Positions 8,739-17,385 of a stretch of 64,000 nt of DNA are shown here, piece after piece (position 1 is the first letter of the stretch; each line of letters starts with the position of its first letter). The DNA lies in NCBI GenBank assembly GCA_964459075.1, contig CAYWKE010000001.1, positions 4,626 to 68,625 of the forward strand, written 5' to 3'. This DNA is from an uncultured Candidatus Saccharibacteria bacterium (lineage in GTDB: Bacteria > Patescibacteriota > Minisyncoccia > Phycocordibacterales > UBA12088). Position numbers and translations under genes: made by a program. The notes below the pieces were generated by a model. That model was not told the origin of the DNA and ran no database searches. It was given only the letters and a program-made list of their open reading frames with translations.

Positions 8739-11147
8739 CTAGTGTGATTTTGCTTCGGTCTCGGCAAAGAGCGGGAGCGACTTGATGACCGTATCGGGTG
8801 AGAGTGAGATACTCTCGATCCCGCGCTCAATGAGGAATGCGGCGATGTCTGGGAAGTCTGAAGGTGCCTGTCCGCAGATGCCGATGTATTTGCCACGATC
8901 CTTGCAGGCAGCGATCGCGACCTCCATCATCTCGAGGACCGCGTGGTTCTGCTCGTTCCCGACCGAAGCAATGGTCGCCGAATCGCGGTCGAGCCCCAGG
9001 ACAAGTTGCGTGAGGTCGTTCGAGCCGATCGACATGCCGTCGAAGCGATCGAGGAATTCGTTCGCCAGGATGACGTTACTCGGGACCTCGCACATGACGT
9101 ACACCTTAAGCTTGTCATCCTTCATGCGATCGAGTCCGTGCTCACTCATGACGAAGAGCACCTTGTCGGCCTCATCCAGGGTGCGGCAGAACGGCACCAT
9201 CGGGACCGCGTTGTCGAGGCCCATCTCGTAGCGCACCTTTGCCATTGCCTTACATTCGAGTCCGAACGCATCCTTGAACGAGTCACTGTAGTAGCGGCTC
9301 GCCCCGCGCCACCCGATCATCGGGTTCGCTTCCTCGGGCTCGTAGAGATCGCCGCCGATGAGCGTGCGGTACTCGTTGGTCTTGAAATCTGAGAAGCGAA
9401 TGATGACGTCGTGGGGGTAGAACGCTGCCGCGATCATGGCGATACCTTCAGCAAGTTCATCCACGTAGTACTGGGTCTTGTCCTCGTAGCCCGGGGTCAG
9501 CCGGTCGATCGTCTCCGCGAGGCGTCGCTGCGCACTGTCCTCTGCGTTCTTCAGTTCTTGGTAGTGGAAGAGTGCATTGGGGTGGATACGGATGTGCGAG
9601 TTGATGATGAACTCCAAGCGCCCCAGACCCACGCCCTTGACGGGAAGGTAGTGGTTCTTGAATGCCTCGTGTGGTGAGCCAACGTTGACCATCATCTTGG
9701 TCTTCAGCTCTGGCACCTCGTCGAGTCGGTGTTCTTCGGTCTCGTACGAGAGGAGGCCGCGCAGGACGCGTCCCTCTTTGCCGGACGAGCAGTCGATCGT
9801 CACCTCGTCGCCATCTTTGAGTGCTGATGTCGCATTGCCACAGCCCACGATGCACGGTATTCCGAGCTCGCGAGAGACAATCGCGGCGTGGCTCGTGCGG
9901 CCACCTTTGTCGGTGACGATGGCGCTCGCGATCTTCATGATGGGCTCCCAGTCGGGATCGGTGATCTCAGTGACCAACACCTCACCTTCGTTGAACGAGC
10001 CGATATCCTTGACGTCGCGAATGACGTTGACCTTCCCTGAGGCGATCTTGGTGCCGACCGCGGTCCCCGACACCATCTGCGGACCCTCTTCCTTGAGCTT
10101 GTACTCAATGACGGTCTTCTTGTCGCCGACGGAGTGGATGGTCTCAGGTCGCGCCTGAACGATGTAGAGCTGACCGGTCTTCCCATCCTTGGCCCACTCC
10201 ATGTCCATCGGTTGGTAGTGCCCATGGTGCTCGGAGAAGTGCTTCTCGATGACCACGGCCCACCGCGCAAGCTGGCTTGCGTCCTCATCCGTGATGCAGT
10301 ACTGGTCGCGCTCTTCCTCGAGCACCCCCACGATGATGCCGCCCTTCTCACCATAGATCATCTTGACCTCTTTGCTGCCTAGGTCCTTGGCGATGAGACC
10401 TGAGAGACCCTTCTCGAGGGAGGGTTTGAAGAGCGTGAATGCGTCCGGGTTGACCTTTCCTTGCACGACCATCTCACCGAGGCCGTAGGAGCCCTCGATG
10501 ATGACGACCTTATCAAAGCCGGTCTCGGTGTCGAGTGAGAACATCACGCCGGAGGCGGCGAGGTCCGAGCGCACCATGATCTGAATGCCGACCGAGAGCG
10601 CGGCATCAGTGTGTGAGAAGCCCTTATCGGCGCGGTAGGAGATAGCACGGTTGGTGAAGAGTGAGGCAATGCACATCTTTGCATGCGCGACGACCGCTTC
10701 CTCGCCAACGACGTTGAGGTAGGTCTCCTGCTGGCCCGCGAAAGAGGCACCAGGCAGGTCTTCCGCGGTCGCACTTGAGCGCACGGCAACATCCTTAGTG
10801 CCGTACTCCTCGGTCAGCTGCGCGTACGCATCCCCGATCTCTCGCTTGAGATCGTCGGGTAGCTTCGCCTCTAGGATCATGGAGCGCACCGCTTGGCCAC
10901 GATCGGAGAGGTCCTGCATGTCGTGGGTGTTGAGCCCAGCCAAGGTCTCGTTGATGCGGTCGCGCAGACCTGCGGAATCGAGGAAGTAATTATACGCGTG
11001 TGCGGTAACCGCGAATCCATCGGGCACGTTGACCCCCAGTTGCTTGAGCCGGGAGACCATCTCTCCCAACGCCGCGTTCTTGCCTCCGACCAACGGAACA
11101 TCCTTGATCGAGAGGTCTGCAAATCGAATGATATGTCGCTCGTCCAT
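8739..11147 (-). CDS. ppsA: phosphoenolpyruvate synthase (pyruvate, water dikinase)
   Basis: ORF 8739..11174; the track start is a TTG, and the ATG at 11145-11147 ('MDERHIIRFADLSIKDVPLVGGKNAALGEM') is preferred. It carries the PEP-utilizing-enzyme motif 'GGRTSHAAIVSRELGIPCIVGCG'. At about 800 aa it has the size of PpsA. Confidence 0.88.
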   Translation of the reverse strand: MDERHIIRFADLSIKDVPLVGGKNAALGEMVSRLKQLGVNVPDGFAVTAHAYNYFLDSAGLRDRINETLAGLNTHDMQDLSDRGQAVRSMILEAKLPDDLKREIGDAYAQLTEEYGTKDVAVRSSATAEDLPGASFAGQQETYLNVVGEEAVVAHAKMCIASLFTNRAISYRADKGFSHTDAALSVGIQIMVRSDLAASGVMFSLDTETGFDKVVIIEGSYGLGEMVVQGKVNPDAFTLFKPSLEKGLSGLIAKDLGSKEVKMIYGEKGGIIVGVLEEERDQYCITDEDASQLARWAVVIEKHFSEHHGHYQPMDMEWAKDGKTGQLYIVQARPETIHSVGDKKTVIEYKLKEEGPQMVSGTAVGTKIASGKVNVIRDVKDIGSFNEGEVLVTEITDPDWEPIMKIASAIVTDKGGRTSHAAIVSRELGIPCIVGCGNATSALKDGDEVTIDCSSGKEGRVLRGLLSYETEEHRLDEVPELKTKMMVNVGSPHEAFKNHYLPVKGVGLGRLEFIINSHIRIHPNALFHYQELKNAEDSAQRRLAETIDRLTPGYEDKTQYYVDELAEGIAMIAAAFYPHDVIIRFSDFKTNEYRTLIGGDLYEPEEANPMIGWRGASRYYSDSFKDAFGLECKAMAKVRYEMGLDNAVPMVPFCRTLDEADKVLFVMSEHGLDRMKDDKLKVYVMCEVPSNVILANEFLDRFDGMSIGSNDLTQLVLGLDRDSATIASVGNEQNHAVLEMMEVAIAACKDRGKYIGICGQAPSDFPDIAAFLIERGIESISLSPDTVIKSLPLFAETEAKSH

Positions 11148-11196
11148 GGTACGTAAAGAACTTAGGTTCCCCAATAAACACTACTACTAAAAGAAC

Positions 11197-12489
11197 TCAC
11201 TCCTTCAGCAACACGTACAGATCTGATACGTTGCTACCAGTATACCCCGTAACCACTCCTTGATGCACCCTGTGGAAGAATGTGAAGGAGTCACAGCGGG
11301 TAAGAAAGTCGTGCGGATCGAGTCCTGCTTCACGTGCTGCCTCCTGCGTCGTGGTATCAGCGATCGCACCTGCGTTATCGGACTTGTCGCGTCCGTCGGA
11401 GGCCACGGTCAATACGAGCTCACCCGCAGTAAGCGCTGGGAGCGCAGCAAGGGCGAGGTGTTGATTGCGTCCACCCTCTCCCTCGCCCGTGATCTCGACC
11501 GTCGTCTCGCCACCGTAGAGCCACACCTCGCCAGGGCCCATACGCTTGAGTTCATGCGCGAACCGCTGCGCGACCGCGTTCGCATCTCCCTCAAGGGTCG
11601 CCGAGACCACTCGCGGTGACAGACCACGTTCACGCGCAACGCGCTCCATAGCCGACAGGGCGGCCTGGTTCGTCAGTGCTAGGGTGTTGCGTGTGGTCGC
11701 AAAGCATGCCGGGTCTTTCGGGGTCTCGAACAGCACAGCGGGGTCGAACCCCTCAGGCGCACACGCGAACGTGGAGAGAACCGAACGCGCATCGGCGACT
11801 GTTGATGTATCAAGAATGGTCGGTCCTGAGGAGATCACGGAAAGGTCATCCCCAGGCACGTCCGAGAAGATGAGTGCCTCCAAGCGCGCAGGGTGGGCTG
11901 CCGCAGCGAGGTGTCCGCCGCGAGCGAGCGAGAGGTGCTTGCGTACGGTGTTCAGCTTGGCGATGGTTACGCCGCACGAAAAGAGTGCGCGGATCAGCTC
12001 TTCCTCAGCCACACAGGTGTGACTCTGCGGTTGGAACAGCAAGGTAGAGCCGCCACCTGAGATGATGAGAATGATCAGGTCGTCCTCGGTCGCGCTCTCA
12101 AGGAGGGTCAGAAGCTCCCTCGTGTGGAGCACGTTGGCATCTGAGGGGTAGGGGTGGGTACCCTCACACGAGCGGATGCGCTTCAGGATACCGCTGTCGC
12201 ACCGCACATCAACGACCACCCCATCGTCAATGCGCTCGCCCAAGATCTCTTCGAGCGCGTAGGCAGCATCGAGCGCACACTTCCCCACACCCCCGACGAG
12301 CAATCGTCGAAATGAGGTTGCTGGATAGCGCCTCCCAGCGATCACGAGCGTGCCGTCCGGCTCACGCGCGACCTGCGCGCGCATGACCGCTCGCGTATCG
12401 ATGGCGCTGAGCGCGGCTTCCACCAAAGCGAGCGCGTGTGCGCGCAGTGGCGTACATGCCAATTCCTCCGCATTCTGCACGTACCCCAT
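11197..12489 (-). CDS. glycerate 2-kinase (MOFRL family / DUF4147)
   Basis: 430 aa. 'GVGKCALDAAYALEEILGERIDDGVVV', 'IIISGGGSTLLF' and 'LSGGTDGIDG'-like regions are characteristic of the hydroxypyruvate reductase-like glycerate kinase family. Confidence 0.75.
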   Translation of the reverse strand: MGYVQNAEELACTPLRAHALALVEAALSAIDTRAVMRAQVAREPDGTLVIAGRRYPATSFRRLLVGGVGKCALDAAYALEEILGERIDDGVVVDVRCDSGILKRIRSCEGTHPYPSDANVLHTRELLTLLESATEDDLIILIISGGGSTLLFQPQSHTCVAEEELIRALFSCGVTIAKLNTVRKHLSLARGGHLAAAAHPARLEALIFSDVPGDDLSVISSGPTILDTSTVADARSVLSTFACAPEGFDPAVLFETPKDPACFATTRNTLALTNQAALSAMERVARERGLSPRVVSATLEGDANAVAQRFAHELKRMGPGEVWLYGGETTVEITGEGEGGRNQHLALAALPALTAGELVLTVASDGRDKSDNAGAIADTTTQEAAREAGLDPHDFLTRCDSFTFFHRVHQGVVTGYTGSNVSDLYVLLKE

Positions 12490-12576
12490 GGTACCGGTAT
12501 GGTACCCCGTGCTGCCTGGTCAATTCAATCGACCTATACACAGGCCCGCACACCAGCGACTGTTTCCTGGGGTAAA

Positions 12577-13257
12577 ATGGAGGTGATGCGCCACGTGATA
12601 TTTCGGCACCGCTACACGATACTGATCGGTGCACCCATTGTGGTGATGCTCGCCACATCGCTCGGGTTCACCACGCAGTTCGATACGCTCACCCTCGAAC
12701 CTTCCCAGCGCTTCATCGCCGTAGGCGCAACCACCTCGATCGCGGTCTCGATCACGACGACCGAACCGGTCAACGTCATTGGGGGCGAGATCACCCTCTC
12801 TGAGGAACTGCGCGTCATCTCGATCGACACCACCGAGACCATCGTCGACCTATGGAGCGATGAACCAGCAGCGAGAGCCCCACGGGTCATCACCTTCAGC
12901 GGCGGGATCATACCGACGGAGGCAGGAGGATTTGAGGGCTCAGGCACGCTCTTTCAGTTCACTGTTGCGGCCGCCAAAGCAGGTTCGGGTCGCATCGAGT
13001 TCACACAGGCTGAGGTACTCGCCCACGATGGGCGAGGCACCAACGTGCTCGACCGACGGGTCCCCTTACGCCTGGTCGTCCATCCCAGCTCACGCCCCTC
13101 CCCCGACCTCGATGCGGATGATCGTGTCTCGCTGCTTGACGTGGGAATGGTCTCACGTCGAATATTCACCTCCTACGATCCACGCTATGATCTCAATACC
13201 GACGGACGTATTTCCTTCAGCGATGTCCTCCTGGTGATGCGCTACCTCGCCAAGTAG
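12577..13257 (+). CDS. small secreted protein with cohesin-like domain and C-terminal dockerin-like segment
   Basis: ORF 12436..13257 trimmed to the ATG at 12577 because the track start overlaps the divergent gene. Signal/TM 'ILIGAPIVVMLATSLGF'. Cohesin-like core '...VNVIGGEITLSEELRVISIDTTETIVDLWSDEPAA...ITFSGGIIP...GSGRIEFTQAEVLAHDG'. The C-terminal 'DLDADDRVSLLDVGMV...YDLNTDGRISFSDVLLVMRYL' resembles a Ca-binding dockerin repeat pair. Confidence 0.5.
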   Translation: MEVMRHVIFRHRYTILIGAPIVVMLATSLGFTTQFDTLTLEPSQRFIAVGATTSIAVSITTTEPVNVIGGEITLSEELRVISIDTTETIVDLWSDEPAARAPRVITFSGGIIPTEAGGFEGSGTLFQFTVAAAKAGSGRIEFTQAEVLAHDGRGTNVLDRRVPLRLVVHPSSRPSPDLDADDRVSLLDVGMVSRRIFTSYDPRYDLNTDGRISFSDVLLVMRYLAK

Positions 13258-13350
13258 TCACGCACGCCGCGCGAAGGTGCGCAGGTGTCATCAGTGATTC
13301 TCAGCGAGTTGGCAGAGAAGCCTCGCGCTCCGCTCCTGCCCTTAGACACA

Positions 13351-15147
13351 CTAGGAGCGCATGCGGGTGATGCGAAGCGGCTGTGGCCTCGCGGCGCTCT
13401 CGATATCCTCGATCTCGTCAATGATGTGCTCCTCACTCTGGGTGAGCTGGCGTGAGAGGTCAAGCAGCACTTGCTCCTCCTCTCGGGTCAGAGGACGTTC
13501 CCTGCTTGCAGCAGTGAGGTTGGCAACGTGCTGAGAGAGCTTTTGTTCGAGTTCTCCGAATGAGGCGTGGACGATATCCTCGGCCTCTCGTGTCTCCACG
13601 CGCACCAAACCACGCGCGCGCCGAACCGCGAGCCAGCCTAACCACAGCACAAACGCCAGAAGGGATACGAGACCGATGAGCGACAACAGGATGGTGAGAT
13701 AGCTCACTGCTACCGAGCCGAACAGCAGCAGCGTCGGTTGCGCAACCGTGACCACAAGGGGCGCGGTGAACAAGCTCGTCGCCCCGCGCTCATCGCGCAC
13801 ACGTGCTCGTATCTCGTAATCCCCACTGCGCGCCAATTCGGTGATCGTCATCACGAAACTTCCTGCGCCATCTGCCTCGACCGTGCGTCGCTCCCACTCG
13901 CCGTCATTGAGGCTATACTCTACCTCGACCAGCGCACCCGGGGGCGCACTGCCGCGCACTGATAGCCGCTCTCCCACATTGACATCGGTCATCGATGCCA
14001 ACTCAGGCATAGGAAGCGGCTCGACCACGAACTGTACCGAACGCTCAATGGTGTTGTCCGCTGCGTCGAACGCGATGACCGTGAGGGTGTGCTCTCCCGG
14101 CTCAATGTCAGACGGAAGGAACGCTCCCTGCTGCGCGTCGTCCACACCCCAGCGCACCGAGCGACCACCGTTGAGCGCGATCTCGTAGTGCGTCACACCT
14201 GACCCCTCATCCACCGTTGAGAATGAGAACCCAACGCGTGGGTCGGTCCGATCTGAGCGGGGGGTCTCGGTGATGGTCAACTCCTCCGGCGGAGTGATAT
14301 CGACACGCAGCGGATAGCTGTACACAGGACCCCACGTGCCAGCCTCACGAAACTGCAGGTGCGCGACATTCTCCCCTTCCGGAAGATCGGGGATCGTCAG
14401 CTGCGGCACCGCGGGCTCGTAGAGTGTGGTTGGTCGTGCCTGAGGATCACGCGAGACGTCGAGCCGAAGGGCGTCAACACTCTCAGGGAGCTCCCAGAAC
14501 AAAAACGCGGTCGTGGTCGCGGCCCACCCGTCTGGATCGGGGTGGGTCGAGGAGCGCAGCGGGCTGTTCGCACTTCTCGCCGGGGTCGAGATGGTCGTGA
14601 TCTCAGGAACGATATCGCGCTGCGTCAGTGTGTAGGTACCAGAGCGAAGGCCCGAGAGGACGTTGCTTGCCTGGCCGTTCGCTGAGAATGCAGCGGCACC
14701 CTGAGAGAACCACACCTGACTTGCTGAAGGACGCAGTGCTCGCAGCGTCAGGGTGAGTACCTCTCCTGCCGCACCCTGGTAGCCCCCGACAGCGGTCGCA
14801 CCCGAGAAGGTCAATCGTCCCGTTGCAGGATCGAGTTGTGGACGTTCGATCCAGGAAGAGACGATGGAGTCATCGGTGTTGACGGCGATCAACTCGACAT
14901 CTTCTTGGGTGAGCGAGAGACTTCCTTCAATGGCGTTGACCAGTTCCCCACCGGTATCGATAAGGACCGCAAGCGTGAACTCCTCCCCGATGGGAATGAC
15001 CGCTGATGGTGGTGACAGGTACAGTGATGCGTCGGCGCTCGCCGTTACCGGAAGTCCCACGACGAGCGCGAGTAGGAGCGTGAAGCACGCGCAACGAACA
15101 CACGCGAGGTGGGTGAGCGAATGACGGATGGTGGTGCTGGTGCTCAT
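13351..15147 (-). CDS. membrane-anchored cohesin-like domain protein (paralog family A)
   Basis: 598 aa. Signal peptide, then a cohesin-like domain ('LYLSPPSAVIPIGEEFTLAVLIDTGGELVNAIEGSLSLTQEDVELIAV...SSWIERPQLDPATGRLTFSGATAVGG'). Next come Ig-like regions with 'RVDITPPEELTI', a TM helix 'LLLFGSVAVSYLTILLSLIGLVSLLAFVLWLGW', and a cytoplasmic coiled-coil tail. Confidence 0.6.
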   Translation of the reverse strand: MSTSTTIRHSLTHLACVRCACFTLLLALVVGLPVTASADASLYLSPPSAVIPIGEEFTLAVLIDTGGELVNAIEGSLSLTQEDVELIAVNTDDSIVSSWIERPQLDPATGRLTFSGATAVGGYQGAAGEVLTLTLRALRPSASQVWFSQGAAAFSANGQASNVLSGLRSGTYTLTQRDIVPEITTISTPARSANSPLRSSTHPDPDGWAATTTAFLFWELPESVDALRLDVSRDPQARPTTLYEPAVPQLTIPDLPEGENVAHLQFREAGTWGPVYSYPLRVDITPPEELTITETPRSDRTDPRVGFSFSTVDEGSGVTHYEIALNGGRSVRWGVDDAQQGAFLPSDIEPGEHTLTVIAFDAADNTIERSVQFVVEPLPMPELASMTDVNVGERLSVRGSAPPGALVEVEYSLNDGEWERRTVEADGAGSFVMTITELARSGDYEIRARVRDERGATSLFTAPLVVTVAQPTLLLFGSVAVSYLTILLSLIGLVSLLAFVLWLGWLAVRRARGLVRVETREAEDIVHASFGELEQKLSQHVANLTAASRERPLTREEEQVLLDLSRQLTQSEEHIIDEIEDIESAARPQPLRITRMRS

Positions 15148-16175
15148 GCTGATTCTCCTGGGTCCGATCGGAAGGGCTCCTGCTCAGCACGTGCTCCTTC
15201 CCTGCGGTAGGCGCGGACAAGTTTGAGTGCGATGAATCCACATGCGGTAAGGAGTACGAGGAGAATGAGCCACCCCACGAGATCGAGAAAGGTGAACACG
15301 CGTCGCAGCTCCTCAGGGGGCTGGAAAGAGACAACCCTCTCGTTCCCTGCTTTATCGACCGCTTTCACTTGAATGGTGCTGTTGAGGGATTGGTCACGCA
15401 GGACGTACGGACTCTTCGTGGTGATCCACTGCGCCTCTCGCGAGACGAACGAGAGGAACCCCCAGCGCTCCGGATCGGTCTCGCGTACCTCGTAGTACGC
15501 GATGCCGCTCTGTTTGTCGGTCGTATTGAAAGCAATGAAGTAGCGCCCGCGCGCGACGTAGGGTTCGGTGTCGAGAATGATCTCGAACAACTCGGGTGCG
15601 GTGATGTCTTGCTTGACCCGAGCGACCCACGCATCTTGCGGTGTCGTCGTGGCGAGACCATCGATAGGTACGGCCTGGCTCTCCAGACGCGCGGGTAGCA
15701 CCGTTCCCTGCCCGTCGTGCCCGTACACCTCAGCCTCATCGATGCGGATAGAGGTCGCGAGCTGTTCGGTCGTGGGCTGCACACGAAAGACAAGCTCGGC
15801 AATGATGTTGGTGAGGCCTGGATCACCTACGACGCGTCCACAGTACCCACCCGGGATACCGCCTGAAAAGGTCACCGATCCGGCCTCTCGGTCGAACTGC
15901 GGCTCCTCGGTCCAGAGTGTGAGAATGGAGCGTCCGCGCGCGACCTCCACGATATCAAGGTGGTCGGTGGTGTAGGAGAAATCCATACGCACCGTATTGA
16001 TACACGCACCTTCTGTGTCGATCCGGACCGGTACGATGAACACCTCGCCAGGCACCACGACCTCGTGAGGATCGATCGAGAGCACGAGCGCTGCAGCAGT
16101 GTGCGGAGCAACACACATAAGGGCGAGCGAGAGGGCTGGTAGTAGGCGGTGCATGGTACTCATTATAGCGTGCAT
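15144..16175 (-). CDS. membrane-anchored cohesin-like domain protein (paralog family A)
   Basis: ORF 15144..16325 trimmed to an internal ATG because the track start overlaps the upstream gene. Signal 'MHRLLPALSLALMCVAPHTAAA'. Cohesin-like 'LVLSIDPHEVVVPGEVFIVPVRIDTEGACINTVRMDFSYTTDHLDIVEV...LWTEEPQFDREAGSVTFSGGIPGG'. 'KQDITAPELFEII' Ig-like region, then C-terminal TM 'FLDLVGWLILLVLLTACGFIAL'. Confidence 0.6.
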   Translation of the reverse strand: MHAIMSTMHRLLPALSLALMCVAPHTAAALVLSIDPHEVVVPGEVFIVPVRIDTEGACINTVRMDFSYTTDHLDIVEVARGRSILTLWTEEPQFDREAGSVTFSGGIPGGYCGRVVGDPGLTNIIAELVFRVQPTTEQLATSIRIDEAEVYGHDGQGTVLPARLESQAVPIDGLATTTPQDAWVARVKQDITAPELFEIILDTEPYVARGRYFIAFNTTDKQSGIAYYEVRETDPERWGFLSFVSREAQWITTKSPYVLRDQSLNSTIQVKAVDKAGNERVVSFQPPEELRRVFTFLDLVGWLILLVLLTACGFIALKLVRAYRREGARAEQEPFRSDPGESA

Positions 16176-16206
16176 GCTGAGGGCGTGGGAGCAGTTATCC
16201 AGTCCA

Positions 16207-17385
16207 TTATCCGGTCCAGGCAAAGAGCATGATAGAGAAATCGGGCAGGCCGACCGTACCATCCTGGTTGAAGTCTGCGATCGCATTCGTGGTCTGCCAG
16301 TTGAAGAGAAAGATAGAGAAGTCAATCAGATCAACCCGACCATCCTGGTTAATATCAGGGGTGATTGATGTGTCAACATCCCGCACGCCGACGTAGAAGT
16401 TGACGAGCTGGCTGTACCCACTCTGTGCAGCGGCAGCTCGGTAGTTCGCCTTTGCGGTATGAAAACTCTCATTGGCAAGGGTCCTGGTCTCGAACGAGAG
16501 GAGCCACGCACCGTTGGCTGCTGAGGTCGTTGTTGCGGACAGATCACCATTGTCGATGAGGGTCGTGACTTGCCTCTCGGGAGGTGCCTCGCCCCGCACG
16601 GTGATCGAGGTACCCAAGGGGACTTGATCAGGTTCCACCGCAATAGTAGGAGGGATAAGGATGCCCGACACATTCGTGACCGCACTCTGGATGATCTCAA
16701 AAGTCGTCGAGAAGGTGATGGAGCGTCGACCCTCAGAGTCCTGGGCCCAGAATCCAAACGTCGTCGCCCCAGGCGTGAGACCGGAGTAGTCCAGGGAGAA
16801 CTCGCCGTCACTGTCCGCCTCAACGACCTCGTCTATCTCGCCATCGAGGAGGATATTGACCGTGGCGCCCGGGTAGGCAATACCGGAGATGAGTACCTCG
16901 GTCGGATCATCGAGGTTGACGGTGCCATCGTCGGTGCCATCTGGGTCGCCGCCTCCACCCGAACTGCCACCCCCTCCGCCTCCGCCACCGGAGCTCTCAC
17001 CCGTTCCTCCTGGGTCAGTTGTTGGGGCAACCTCGTTGTTGCACTCGAAGTCACACAGGTCGCCAGAGACATTGTTCCCGTCGTCGCACTCTTCACCAAA
17101 GAGAACCTGGAGGACACCGTCCCCACAGTACGGACCGAATGAGAGGCAATCACCAGCGCAATCCCGCGTGGAGCTAGACAGCGCGTACTCGCCGTCGTTG
17201 ATCCCATCGTCACAGATCTCGTTCGACTGCACGATAGCATCTCCGCACACGCTCACGTTAAGCGTGGTCGTCGCTTGCTCCGGGCCACCGGCACGCACCC
17301 CAGGCGCGAGGCCACCCAGAATGAGCACTCCTACAAACAGGAGCGTCGTAGGGCGTATGAGGTTGGCAGTCACGATAGGCATCAT
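16207..17385 (-). CDS. secreted protein: Cys-rich (Myxococcus-type) repeats + poly-Gly linker + Ig-like domains + C-terminal dockerin
   Basis: 392 aa. Repeats 'CGDAIVQSNEICDDGINDGE...DCAGDC' and 'CGDGVLQVLFGEECDDGNNVSGDLCDFEC'. Linker 'SSGGGGGGGGSSGGGG'. The C-terminus 'DINQDGRVDLIDFSIFLFNWQTT..ADFNQDGTVGLPDFSIMLFAWTG' is two DxNxDGxVxxxD Ca-loop dockerin repeats. Confidence 0.65.
   Translation of the reverse strand: MMPIVTANLIRPTTLLFVGVLILGGLAPGVRAGGPEQATTTLNVSVCGDAIVQSNEICDDGINDGEYALSSSTRDCAGDCLSFGPYCGDGVLQVLFGEECDDGNNVSGDLCDFECNNEVAPTTDPGGTGESSGGGGGGGGSSGGGGDPDGTDDGTVNLDDPTEVLISGIAYPGATVNILLDGEIDEVVEADSDGEFSLDYSGLTPGATTFGFWAQDSEGRRSITFSTTFEIIQSAVTNVSGILIPPTIAVEPDQVPLGTSITVRGEAPPERQVTTLIDNGDLSATTTSAANGAWLLSFETRTLANESFHTAKANYRAAAAQSGYSQLVNFYVGVRDVDTSITPDINQDGRVDLIDFSIFLFNWQTTNAIADFNQDGTVGLPDFSIMLFAWTG

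Noticed and set aside
16160-16165. Consensus TATAAT on the minus strand
   Set aside because: It lies inside the signal-peptide coding region of gene 15144..16175 ('HAIMS'). It is probably coincidental rather than a promoter.
16936-17028. Regularly spaced short GGN/GGC repeats (also at 49388-49646 and 45700-45880) considered as a possible CRISPR-like or microsatellite array
   Set aside because: The repeats are in-frame codon repeats encoding Gly or Pro-Glu linkers. There are no ~30-nt direct repeats with unique spacers and no cas genes.
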